Shown here one piece after another: positions 24,030 through 36,425 of a stretch of DNA of 53,557 bases (position 1 is its first letter; every line of letters starts with the position of its first letter). This DNA comes from Nemertoderma westbladi (taxonomy: Eukaryota; Animalia; Xenacoelomorpha), in contig JAUCBJ010004582.1 in the NCBI GenBank assembly GCA_032718475.1, positions 1 through 53,557 on the forward strand. The letters are read 5' to 3'. The notes below the pieces were generated by a model that was not told the origin of the DNA, ran no database searches, and saw only the letters and a program-made list of their open reading frames with translations. The position numbers and the translations under genes were made by a program.

Positions 24030-25191
24030 TGTAAAGGCTTTTGCGGAATTAGCCGGTTATTTTCCCCGTAAAGTACTCTGTAGTTGGTTTAACAGGCATA
24101 AAAGGCCGTGTCCTTACTGTACTGGTGTTTTAGAGGACATAAAAGCCATTTCTTCTGTATGTGTACTTTAGCGGACATAATTAGCAATTCTATGACGCAA
24201 TACGCCAGATCCTCTTGAAACAGTGTAGCTACCATGACGACGGCTAACAGCTGATGCTGTACACGTGGAGCTTTTTCTTTGTTCTCTGTTCCTTCTTTGT
24301 TCGGTCGACCAATCAGAGCGTTTTTTGCCTCTGCGTTAGAGATTGTATAATGAAACTCGTGGAGTTGAGTCAGTATGTGATTTTGTCCACAGCCTACAAC
24401 ACCGGCTTTGGAACCTCCGTGTTTCAGTCTTTAGCCCAACATTAGTAGGCTTAATTATAGAACGTATATCTGTTATCATACCAAATCATAACGAAACTGC
24501 ATTCATAACCATTCACACCTTAAACTTTGTACTGCTATTTACTGTCGGTTATTCATTATATTTGTTGATGGAATATTATATTTGGAATACTGATAAATAA
24601 CCAGACACCCCAATCTTCTTGATATACTAAAGGTTAGAGAGACCGGTTACATATAACGATTGCGACTTACATTAAGTGGTTTGAAGTGAATCTAATGCTA
24701 TTTTATAGGCCCTACATGTATTGTCTGTTGTTCTCTTTATATGTGACTAAAATTAGTGAAGGTCGGCAGATCAGTGTGCAGCATTGTGCAGTATTGTGTA
24801 TGATTGTGACTGATAACAAAGCATCTCCTAAAGAATGCGCCATATACGTGAATCTATAGCCATCCCGTTGTGTCTAGTTTAAGTCATAACTCTGTTTACA
24901 TATTTAGAGCGCCACGTCCTAAAGGAACTGTTAATATTTCCCGAAAGTGAATAATATTTGTCAGAGATTATATATTACGATCAGTCGAATAATACAGTAG
25001 GCCTACCCCGCAATACGGTTAGGCTTCCGAATCCAGTCTCCCGGGTATATCCAGCGGGTGAATGATCGCGCATAGACTGGCTTCGGCTAATGTAGTGTAT
25101 CAAATACTTGTCATAGGCTAAAGACGATCTATCATCTAAAAGACATCCCAATTTGGCAGGTTAAACTGCTAAAGGTCTGAAAGCGCGAACA
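24030..25191 (+). repeat. 3' LTR (1162 bp), preceded by the PPT-like GGGAGCGG
   Basis: Direct repeat of 12633-13794. Confidence 0.95.
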
Positions 25192-25196
25192 CTAAC

Positions 25197-26347
25197 CATT
25201 ACTGAACAATTGCAAGAAACTCTGGACAACCAAAGCTCCGCCTGTCTTATTTCAGTAGACCTTAAGAAAGCATTCGACACCCTTGACCACGACATACTAT
25301 TAAAAAAAACTAGACTGTTACGGCATACGCGGACTCCCACATCAATTAATATGCAGTTTTTTAAATAATAGAACACAGGTCGTACACATTGACGGCACTA
25401 CATCTGCAACAACTAGCTCACCTTGTGGAACTCCTCAGGGAGCCATACTCAGTCCCACATTATTCTTACTCTACATAAATGACTTACCGAATTGCACTAA
25501 ATTACTGACAACACTCTTCGCTGACGATACGATATTACTTTACTGCAATAACAATACCAATACGCTTATTTCAACTGTTAACACAGAACTCGAGAAGCTA
25601 CACGACTGGCTTATAGACAACAAACTATCATTAAATTTAAAAAAAACTGAGTATATCGTATTCCACAACTCTAGACAACCACAGATTCCTACGGTTAATA
25701 TACAGTCCACCCCGCTGCCACAAAAAATAGCTTCTAAATTTTTAGGTATTTACATAGATAATAAAATTAACTGGAAATTACACTGTGAATATATTTTATC
25801 CAAAATCTCAAAACTTACAGGAATATTTTTCAAATTAAGGCACATTCTCCCATTACACATACTAAGAACATTATACTTTGCGCTAGTCCACCCACATCTA
25901 TTGTACGGCTTAGTTTTATGGGGAAACAGCTAAAATATTTATACCAACAAAATTAAAACTAAAGTTAACAAAATAATTAGAGCAATAACTTTTAACCACT
26001 TCCGAGAACATGCGGCCCCGATATACAAATCTCTAAATATTTTGCCATTTAATAAACTTTTTGAATTGGAGACCGCAAAGTTCATGTTCGACATCAAAAA
26101 TAGAACCAAAACTGAAGCTCTAACAAATATTTTTAAAGCCACATCCTCAATACACCACTACAATACCCGTTCTGCGTCAGCACAAAATTTTTTTATTCCC
26201 CGAGTTCGGTTACAAATTTCCCAACAATCACTAAAATTTACTGGACCTAAAATTTGGAACGATTTACCACTCGAAATTAAAACCTCAAAAAACAAGGTTA
26301 TGTTCACTTCTCGTTTAAAAAAACTATATTTGGAATCACTTCTATAA
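25197..26347 (+). pseudogene. LINE-B RT core and C-terminus
   Basis: VDLKKAFDTLDH, GTPQGAILSPTLFLLYINDL, LFADDT, KFLGIYID, HHYNTRS and GPKIWNDLP. Confidence 0.92.
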
Positions 26348-27044
26348 TATCCTCCCTAAAGCTGTTACCTGTCACATCCCCAAAAATATCCGATGGCCAA
26401 AACTTCATAGGTTTCACCTCCATACTCAGCTTTTATTACAGTAGGCTATTAATATGGAAACTACAGTTTTAAACTTCTTGCTATCCTATCCACAGTACCT
26501 ACGCTCCTTTTAGGAATCTACTATCCCACTATATAGATCCTGTATCTAGCCAGATTCCCGCACATTTCTGTCATATCCAACGGTATATAAGTTTTATTTA
26601 AAATTTGATACTACCGAGATTCCCCCCCCCCCTCCTCTTTTTTCGCTTATTTCTATCAATGTAACCCAATCAATGTAACCCCATCAATGTAAGCTTAAGA
26701 TTAAACGCCCGGTTGCTAGCTATACTAGCACTGCTACAGCTAAGCAACCGGCTGGTCTCATTATTCACCCTACCAGTATTCTTTCCAATTACACTGTATC
26801 TTCTGTTTATTAGTGTTGGGGTGCTACATATTAAAGCTATTCATATTATTGATTGGTAATAACAATGGACCGGGCCATCCCGGATTGATTGATTGATTGA
26901 TCTACTATTACTTTCTAACTTTCTATTTATCTCACTTTTTTAATTTTATTATTTTATTGTATTATTTTTTTTAATATTTTGTGTAGGAATGGCGTCTCGC
27001 CCTCATTCCCACCCCCCTCAGTCCAACATTTGGACGACTAAACT

Positions 27045-29134
27045 CTAAGGTGCCCCTTCTAATAGGCAGCACTTCCCTACAGCCCTCCTGTAGGTCTTCC
27101 TGTCCTTTGCTCCTATCTTGCCTCCTATTCTCGCTTCCACCGACCGGACTCTTCCGTCCTCGTCGGGGTAAGAATCTACCACTCTCGCTAGCCTCCACTG
27201 GTTATTGATAATTGTGATGTCAGTGACGATTACCAAGTCACCTTTCTTCAACTCCCTAGTGGTGTTTCTCCACTTACTCCTCCTGTGCAATGTGGGGAGG
27301 TATTCCTCTACCCATATCTTCCAATACTCGGCGCTTATCGCCTTGGCGACTTTCCAACTCTGACGGGAATGTATGTCATCTGGGTCTACACCCCGCATGT
27401 CGATGGTCGCCGGCCTTTCCATCAGAAAGTGTCCCGGTGTTATCATGTCTAGTGATTCTGGGTCGTCATTCTCCAGATATAGCGGTCTGCTATTAATGAT
27501 TCCCTCACACTTGGCTAGCACCGTTCTTAGTATGTCCTCTGTGACCATGTGGGTGTTCATCAACTTTGTCATTAAATGCTTAGAACTTCCCATAAGTCTC
27601 TCTACACATCCTAAGGTATGTGGCGCGTACGGCGTCCTCCTTTCCCACCTCACTTGCCGTCTCCTCATAGCCGCCCTGACATCGTCTCCCTCTAGGATGT
27701 CAAAGGCCTCTGCCAACTCGTTCTCCGCTCCCACAAAGTTGGTCCCATTATCTGAATAAATCACCGCGATTGTTCCTCCTTTGCAGTCTCTAAATCTCTC
27801 TAAGGCATTAATAAATGCCGATGCCATAGCGTCCCGCGCGAGTTCTATTCCTACCGCCCTCGTGTTGTTGCATACGAAGATGATGCCGTAGCGTTTCTCC
27901 GTGTGTCGCATCACCTTAATCTTGATCGGCCCGAACATGTCTACGCCACAGTGCGTGAATGGCAGGTCGTGTTGTCTCACTCTATTGGCCGGTAATGGCG
28001 CCATCTCATGTACGGCCCTCTCCTTTCTCGTCCGTTGGCAGGTCTGGCACTGCCCCACTACCGCCTTTACCTTCTTCCTTAACTGTGTGATCCAGAATGT
28101 TCTCCGTATCTCTGTGAGGGTCTGATTCGTGTCTCCATGTAGTATCGACTTATGGGAGTCCCAAATGATCTGGTGGACTATTGGTGATTTGTTGGGAATG
28201 ATTATGGGTTTTGGTGGTATAACTAGGCTGTTGTTGTTCACCACTCTGGAATTCATCACCAGAATCCCGTCATATTTTAGTTGTGGGGACAGCGTGTTGA
28301 GCTCGCTGTCTCGACGAAGGTGTTGTTGCTTGCCAACTCTAAACACTTCGTCGGCGTAGTTCTTCCGCTGCTCGTATCGTATTACGGCTTTGGCCCACTC
28401 GATGTTTGGTTTCCTTTTGGCATCCTTGCCAACTCCCTTGAGGAAATCCCTGTAGGCCCTCCAATATGCTACCAACTTCTTGGTCTTATACCAGCTGGAG
28501 CTGTGACTGAGTAACCTATCCATCGGGTTGTCGCATGGTTCTTCTGATTTCGGTGGCACCTCCTTGATCTCCCTCACCCTCTGACTGTATATCTCTTCCC
28601 CTTCTGAATCTTCCCCCTCTTCTTCTGGTACTACTTCCTCTGAGCCCGGGTCCACCTTCCTCATTGGTGGCCAGGCAGATCTATCGTTCAGGAAGTGTGG
28701 CCCGTGCTGCCACAACCCTTCCTTCTTTGAGAAAGTGTGGCGTGCCACGCCCCTTGATAACAAATCTGCTGGATTGTCGTCGGTAGGGCAGTAATGCCAC
28801 CTATCTAGCTCGGTCGTCGCCCTTATTTCGTCTACCCTATTCGCGATGAATATAGGGTGTCTCGTCTTCTCGTTATGCAGCCATCCCAGCACTACCATGG
28901 AGTCCGTCCAGTAGTGTGTCTCCACTATGTTGGGTATAGTGTCCATCAAGTAGACTGTGGCTCTTACTCCTAACCTCGCAGCTGTCAACTCGAGTTTCGG
29001 GACTGACGCTGAATCTGGTGGCATCGACTTTGCTTTACTAAATGCAAGTCTGGGCTTATGAGCCCCCCTTCGCTGTACCAGATAAAGTGCCGCTCCGTAT
29101 GCTTCCAAAGATGCATCGGAGAACATGTGTAGAT
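27045..29134 (-). pseudogene. BEL pol: RNase H, integrase and C-terminal domain (open frame)
   Basis: HMFSDAS, PKLELTAA, WTDSMVVL, DNPADLLSRG, HHCC (H..ILH..CQTC), GVDMFGP, YSDNGTNF, GCVERL and WRLARV. Confidence 0.95.
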
Positions 29135-31532
29135 TAGGGTGGAGTGAAAAAAAAAATTTTTTTACTTTTAAGGGAAGCACTATTTTTCTGATGCCAAATC
29201 GGTCTAAACTAACATTGCAAAAAAAAAATTTTGATTTTGAAAAATTCTAAGCGGGCCTCACGACACTTGAAAATTTCAAATTTTTGGGAAGGCAATGCCA
29301 GTTTTGAAATTCTTAGATATTTTGTATTTTTGATAAAAGTTAAGGAAGATGCAAATATTTAATGTCAAATAGGTTGGAAACAAACACAAAATGTGAAATT
29401 GTGATTTTCATATAAATCTACCCCAGCCTCATGGCGTTTAAAATTTTGCAAAATTTGCCAAATTCAGCCCTAAAAATACAGCAAACCAACTTCGTAGTCT
29501 CTATAGTTGAAATCGATTTACTGTGATTTGGAGTTCTTCCTGAGTGAAAACCAAGTCCCCTGATTTGATCATAACTATATTTCAATACTAGAAACCTAGC
29601 TAGCTGGCTGTGAATTTGCCTTTGGATCAAATTCCCAATAAGTATATTATAAACAACAGTAGGCCTAGGTCTAGGAAGAAGGATAATTCTAAATTAGGAA
29701 AACACTAGTAAAACACTAGAAAAACATATGAAAAACATTACAATTATTGATCAACAGGAAATTTAATACATCGATTACACTTAATTGGTAATCTTAAATG
29801 TACTCCTCGCATAGCACACGTTAAGTAATCTCCATAAAACATAGGGAAAACACTATAAACCCTCTGGACAACAGTGAAATTGTACCTATATTTCGCTAGA
29901 AAGCGGGGTAGATCAATTGGCTGAGCGCCAGGCCTGCAATCAATTGGTTGTAGGTTCAGCCCCACCAGGGTCCACTCAGCCGCCTTTCATCTCCTGTGTA
30001 CTGGGGTCGATAAATTGAGTACCAGTTAAATAACTGGGAGCAAATCTTGGGATAATAGTAGCGCCCACCCCTACCCTCGGTAGCATCTATCGAAAGAGGA
30101 GCCTTCGGGTCGCCCCAACTGTTTGCTTGATATGCTGCTAATAATACTAGGTGAAAGAAGAAATCAATCAGCATGCAGTTCAGCACTATCCTTGTTTTAC
30201 TGGTCAGCCAGTAGTACCAGTGTTGATGTATTCTGGTAGTACATAGTGTATTCCAGTATTGTTAGTGTTAGATCAATTCATCTGCTAAATGTTGGCAGTT
30301 GAAGTGCAGAAGTTGTGGTATTTATTATTAAGGATACCATTCATACCAGAAAACCGAACTGACTAGAAAATCATGTGTGATGTGTTCTAGATCTTGCATC
30401 CGCGCTTCTAGCCACACTGGTATGCCACTTCACTACAGTATCTCTGTATGTAGGACCTAACTGTGGCCCTCTTGCTGTCTTAATATTAAATACCGCAACA
30501 TCTGCACTTTAACTGTTCAACATTTAGCTGATGACAAGATCCAACACTAACAATACTTGAATACGGGAATACACTAATACCAGAATACACCATTAATGTG
30601 CCTCTACCGGCTGACCATGTAAAACTGTTGAAATGCATGCTGATTGGTTACTGTTCCTTGGTTGCCGGGCAACAGTGGTTTCTGTGTAGTACATATTAGA
30701 CACTTTCAACTTATTTTTTAGCAGCATATGAGGTAAAATTTAATGCTATTTAATGCCAATCATTTTTTCACTGTTTTCTGGACAGTTTATAGTTGTCCCT
30801 ATGTTTTATGTAGATTACTTAATGGTGTGCTATGCGAGGAGTACATTTAGGATTACCAATTCAGTGTAATACATGTATTAAATTTCCTGTTGATCAATAT
30901 TTTTACTTTTTCCGGGTGCATTAGTGTGTTTTTCATATGTTTTTCTAGTGCTTTACTGTTTTACTAGTGTTTTCCTAATTTAGAATTATCCTTCTTCCTA
31001 TACCTACTGTTGTTTATAATATACTTATTGGGAATTTGATCCAAAGGTAAATTCACAGCCAGCAAGCTGGGTTTCTAGTATTGAAATATAGTTGTAATCA
31101 AATCAGGGGACTTGGTTTTCACTCAGGAAGAACTCCAAACCACAGTAAATCGATTTCAACTATAGAGACTACGAAGTAGGTTTGCTGTATTTTAAGGGTG
31201 AAATTTGGCAAGTTTTGCAAAATTTTAAAGGCCATGAGGCTGGGGTAGATTTATATGAAAATCACAATTTCACATTTTGTGTTTGTTTCCAACCTATTTG
31301 ACATTAAATATTTGCATCTTCCTTAACTTTTATCAAAAATACAAAATATCTGGGATTTTCAAAACTGGCATTGCCTTCTCAAAAATTTGAAATTTTCAAG
31401 TGTCGTGAGGCCCGCTTAGAATTTTTCGAAATCAAAAATTTTTTTTTGCAAAGTTAGTTTAGACCGATTTGGCATCAGAAAAATAGTGCTTCCCTTAAAA
31501 ATAAAGAAAAAAATTTTTTTCACTCCACCCTA
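29135..31532. mobile_element. Non-autonomous hAT-type foldback DNA transposon (2398 bp)
   Basis: TIR TAGGGTGGAGTGAAAAAAA... and a perfect 8-bp TSD GTGTAGAT (29127-29134 and 31533-31540). The arms are inverted copies almost to the centre (~30333-30477). Confidence 0.92.
29903..30132 (+). mobile_element. tRNA-derived SINE, copy 1
   Basis: A-box-like TAGATCAATTGG, B-box-like GGTTCAGCCC, body GTCCACTCAGCC..TTCATC..GTCGATAAA.TGAGTACCAG and tail GAAAGAGGAGCCTTCGGGTCGCCC. It is absent from the opposite arm of the foldback. Confidence 0.75.
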
Positions 31533-34500
31533 GTGTAGATCCAGGTCTGTCATGTCCCCGTCCGGGAAATACACGCGTGGCATGCTGTACGTCCCCATCT
31601 GTTCTAAACTTCCTGTCCACTTACTCCATTGTTTACTTATTTCTTCCGGGACCTCCGTATCCCACTCGTCCTTCAACTTGTATACTTTCTTTAGTATCTG
31701 CTTCCCTGTGACTAACAATGGGGATGCTAGGCCTAAGGGATCGTATATCCTTGCTATATACGATACATAGCCTCGCTTTGTATGGATCTCTGCGCCCTCT
31801 TGGCTCAGTTGATACTCCAACTCATCCATCTCCCGGTTCCACACGATCCCCAGTGCCTTCTGCTGAGACTCCACTCTCTTGTTCGCCATGTCCTGTCCCT
31901 TGGCTGTTGTGGGGTTGTCCATGGTCGACTCTGGCCGCCTGTCTTCTATGGCTTTCATGAACTCCTCTGAGCTGGACTGGAACTTAGTCAGGTTGAATCC
32001 GGATCCCTTTAGGATGTCGCGAACCTCGCGCCCTATCTCCAGTATTTCTTCAACCGTGTTTCCAGATCCCATCCCATCATCTACATAGAAACCGCGTCGA
32101 ATCATGTCGATCGCTTTGGCACTATACTTTCCCTCTTTCCCCTCTACCTTATCTCATACAGCCATAGTCGACGTAAATGAGGACGACTTGGCCCCCATGT
32201 TTTGCACCACCATTTTGTACATCGGTATCACCGACGGTTCCTCGTCGCTGTTGTACCACAGGAAGCTCTGGCTGTCGCTGTCCTCTTCTGTCACACGGAC
32301 ATGGTTGAACATGCCTTCGATGTCGCACGTGAAGGCGTGCCTCCCATTCCTAAATCTCAACAAGACCTCTATCCCCGAGTTGCAGATATTGGGGCCCTCC
32401 ACCAGATAGTCGTTTAGGCTCTTGCCATTCGTTTTGGCCGATGCGTCAACCACCATCCGCAGTTTACCCCTCTTTGGGTCTAAAGCCACATGAAGTGGCA
32501 GGTAGTAGGTCCTGTCCGTGTTCGGTTCGTCGACCGGCAACTCCACGGCCCATCCCTTCTCGACGTACTTCTTTATTGTCCTATGGATGTACTCATCCTT
32601 CTCAGGGCTCCGTTTGAGTGTTTGCTTCAGTTTGCGAAGCCTCGTGAGTACCATCCCTTTATTGTCAGGCAACGGTAATTTTGGTTGTTTCCACACCATG
32701 CCTATGGTGTACCGTCCCTCGTTGCACTTCATCGACTCCTTCACACTTTCTATTGCCTGTTTATCCTCTACCGAGGTTCCGACCCCGGCCTCCCTTAATC
32801 CTTCGAAGTCCTGTCTTAACAGCCTCTTAAGCTGCTCTTCCGCTCCTTCATCCTCCATCTCTCTCATGGTCCCCGCGAACATGCACCCCGATGTCTCCGA
32901 CATCCTAAATGGAATTTTGGTTTTGATTGGGCCGCTAAGCGTCCATCCGAATGGTGTGAGAACTGCCATTGGATCACGCTGTCTGTCCTCTCCGAAGATT
33001 GTTTGTATTCTCTCGTGGGCCGTCGGACAGTCCATCCCCACTATAATGGATACCTTCCGGACGTCCACTTCCGGTATCGAGAAATCGATTTCGTCCAGGA
33101 ATCTGTATTGCTCGACCTCGATGTTAGTTGGTCGCCTGGCATTTATGTTGATCGATTCTATTACCTGGATGGGGTCGATGGTCGCCCCATAGTCACATCC
33201 CGGTGCTATTGCTGATATCTCGCACCTTCCCGTCCTCATCTCCAGGACCTCATCCTTGCTGGAGATAGTAGTTACCGCCATCCTGCTTGGCCTCGTCTGT
33301 AACCCTATCTCTCGGCCACCCAATTCTCCACCAATGTGAAGGCTGCTCCGCTGTCGACCAGCATCAACGTGGTAACTGATCGACCGCCCTCTCCTATTAC
33401 CCTCACCGGTACCACCCCGAGTAGTACCGTTCCCCTTTTCTTCGCTCCTATGGTGCTTGTCGCCATCGTCTGACCTTTGCCTTGACCGAATCTTACTTGG
33501 TGTCTCCTTTGCATTCTTGAGCCTTGTGTCCGCCCGCCACACATCGGTGACAGATTCCACTTCTTTTCGCATAGTCTATCCGATCTTGTTTGGGTAACGC
33601 CTGCCAGTGCCTGCAGTTCATGGTCTGATGAAGTGCCGTCTCGAATGCAATTGGCATTTGTTTCCTGGATTGTAGCCGTTCCCTATACAGCCCACTGCGT
33701 ATCGCATGTAGATTCATACTTACCGGTCTCTACTGTTCTTGGTTGTTTGGGTTTGGCCTACTGGGTGTGTTGGGATTATATTTGTTTGTGTTGTTATTTT
33801 GTCCCTGTTCGTGCCACGGTGTGGCCCTACTCCCAGCTATCTGTGGACTTGCAGTCCCCTGTGTCGCCGCCTATGGTAGGGATTGTCTTAATTTGGTAAC
33901 GCATTTGCCGCATTATGCTCTGGTTTCGGCCTGTTATATTCGGCCCTCGGCGCCTTCCCCAGACTATCCTCGCTGTAGACTGGGTCCGTGATCAATTCTG
34001 CTTCATAATTGAGGAAGTTCGACATTTCCTCTAGGCCCGGTTCCGCACCTTTCTTCTCCCGGGTGGAGAAGGCGATCTTCCTCCATTTGTTCCGTAGCCA
34101 GATTGGCAGTGCCTGCGCTATCGTGGTGATGTTATTCGATGCGTTGAGTTCGTATGGCGCATCCAAGGTCTTTAGCACGATTAGCGCCTTCTCGACCTTA
34201 TTCGCGAAAGTCTTTATACTGACAGGGTTATCCTGTAGGCCACCCGATGTTATTCCCCTCAAGGTCTGCCTGATGATCTTGGCAGGGTGTCCGTATTCCC
34301 TGTCTAGGGCCCGCCATGCAGCCGTGAAGCCACCCTCGATACCTTGATACTGCCTCACGATATCGTACGCTGGGCCCCCTGTGTAGACTTGTAAATATTT
34401 TAGGCACTCCGCCTGCGTCAGATTTTTAGTTAATATTTCATTACTGTACAGTACATGCGTTGGAATTGCAGGTATTCTTCCAGTCTGCTTCCGTCGAATT

Positions 34501-36388
34501 TAAATGGCTCAACTGGTGGTAGCTCGATCCTGGTCTTGAGCGCATCAATGAGTGTTGCCATACCCATCGCCTGTGCTTCCAATGAGCTCGACAGATGTTT
34601 TCTGTTTTCTGTTCTCGTCCTCATACCGGTACATCCTGTACCCTTCTCCCGGCATATGGTATATCTCGCCAGGCTGCGTCTCTCCGGGGTGACGGCAATC
34701 CACGACCTCCCGGTTAAACTCCACTGTTCTTCTTCCATCTTCCGACTGGGCTCGACATCTCATCGCTCGCCCGCTCACGACGCCAACCTCTCTCTATATA
34801 CCCGGTTGGACGCTCCTGGGGATATTCGCAATCCCCCTACTATTATCCGTCGTCGGGTGCCGCGGTTCACCTGACATGGCTCGCCCCGCGCATTATCCGC
34901 CGACGCTTGTGGGGCATTCTCTGCCCCCCCCCCCCCCTCTCGCCACTAATCTCTCGTGGTGGGGTGCCTGTAGCCCCCCCCCCCCCCCCCCTTCCCGTTC
35001 GCCACCTCTTACTTCACTACCTCCCACTTCGCTTCTACGCCCCTCTCTAGTCGACGCACTGTCTCTACTGCGGCTGGGTCTACTCACCCCCGCCTCTCCC
35101 TGTGCAACTGCGTGGCCTGGCAGGCCCCCGTCGGGTTGACTCACCCCTGCTGCTCCCTGCCTAACTACGTGGCCTTGCAGGCTCCCATCGGGGTGACTCA
35201 CCCCGCTAATCCCTGCGTAACTACGTGGCCTTGCAGGCTCTCGCTGGCCGGACCACCTATGTCTCCTACATTCGTATTAATAGCGCCGTTATCAATATTA
35301 TTGTTGTCTAGGTTATTTAAATTATTTGAATTATTTCGTTCGGAATCAGGACTATTATTTTGATTATTTTGTTAGTTTAAATTGAAATTGTTATTTGGAT
35401 TATTTTGTGTGTTTGAATTAAAATTATTATTTGGATTATTTTGTGCGTTTAATTAAATTAATATTAATATTTTGCACATTTGAATCAAAATTATTACTAC
35501 CGGGTAAAATATTATTTCCTGCAACAAAGGTTTGATTAGGGTTGTCCACTACGGTACTATTAATATTAATTCCTTCTAACGTATTATTATTACCCCCCCC
35601 CCCCCCCCCCCCCCCTCCCCCCGCTCGTACGGTTACACCAGTCCTGGGTCTGTCGCCCGGTGCCTGTAAGTGGGGTATTAACAAACGTTTTCATTACTTC
35701 TGGCTCCTCGTAAATACTACCCGAACCGGCCTCACACTCAGATAATCCCAACTGCGCCAGTTCTAATCGGCGCTTTTGCTTTGCCTGGTATTGCATAAGC
35801 CCCCTTAACCGGGCATGCATATCATCCGCATACGTTTTCCCGCTCTCTCTCTCTCTCTATCCTCTCGCAAACTTTGGTTCGCTAATTCTATCTCTCTCGC
35901 CTCCCACTCTCTACGCTCGCTCTTGCCTCTCACTCTTTACGCTCACTTGTCTCTCTCTCTTCTTGCTCTCTACAGTTCCTCGCCACCCTCTCGGCCCTCT
36001 CTCTACATTCCCTCGCTAACTCTCTCTCCTTTTCTAATAACGAGGTTCCCTCGTCCAGCTGCCACTCCAACTCCTTCTGATCCAGCGCCACCATGTCTAG
36101 TTGACACGCCAGATCTATCTCTAACACCCTTCTTGCTTTTGCGGAGGATGTAGCGGACTTATCGGTCGCGACGGACTCCCGTCGCCTCTCTGTCCTACTA
36201 ACTTTCCCCCGCTTTCTGGGGTTCTCGCTAACTGACGAGATCGAATCCCCGGGGTTAACCTCGGGTTCGGCCTCGTGCAGATCCGCCCAACCCACTAACT
36301 TAATTCCCCTAGCATCCACTAAGTAAGGCCCTACGTACACTACTTCAGGCTCCATTACCCCAGATCGCCACAATTCAAAGAGTTCCAT
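31533..36388 (-). pseudogene. BEL gag, protease and RT (frameshifts in gag; one in-frame TGA in RT at 32154-32156)
   Basis: PFKFDG (DUF1759-like), CHRCVAGGHKAQEC, protease LVDSGA, YYLPLH, LRMVVDAS, SLNDYL.EGP, CDIEGMF, FYVDD and IYDPLG. Confidence 0.92.
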
Positions 36389-36425
36389 GGCGACCCCCCT
36401 CGCTCTCTCACTCGCCAGTTCTCCC

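Larger units (their letters stand above)
12633..25191 (+). mobile_element. BEL/Pao LTR retrotransposon, non-autonomous (RT and integrase deleted), recent insertion
   Basis: TG...CA LTR pair. 5-bp TSD CTAAC at 12628-12632 and 25192-25196. Removal restores the LINE RT sequence DAILT-ITEQLQ...VDLKKAFD. Confidence 0.95.
6355..26902 (+). mobile_element. Near full-length CR1/L2-group LINE-B, split by three nested insertions
   Basis: ORF1, PHD-EN-RT ORF2 pieces that rejoin across each insertion, and a (GATT)n tail at 26883-26901. Candidate TSD TACTAT at 6349-6354 and 26903-26908. Confidence 0.85.

Noticed and set aside
29135-29180. N-terminus (MLPLKVKKFFFSLHP) of the 711-aa ORF
   Set aside because: It derives from the hAT TIR. 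The true pol frame continues at 31540 (DLDLH-MFSDAS).
29903-29975. Possible tRNA-Cys gene
   Set aside because: The cloverleaf is degenerate and continues into a SINE body shared with 38309-38547.
27290-34874. Numerous plus-strand ORFs over the BEL pol and gag
   Set aside because: They are antisense shadows of the minus-strand coding sequence.
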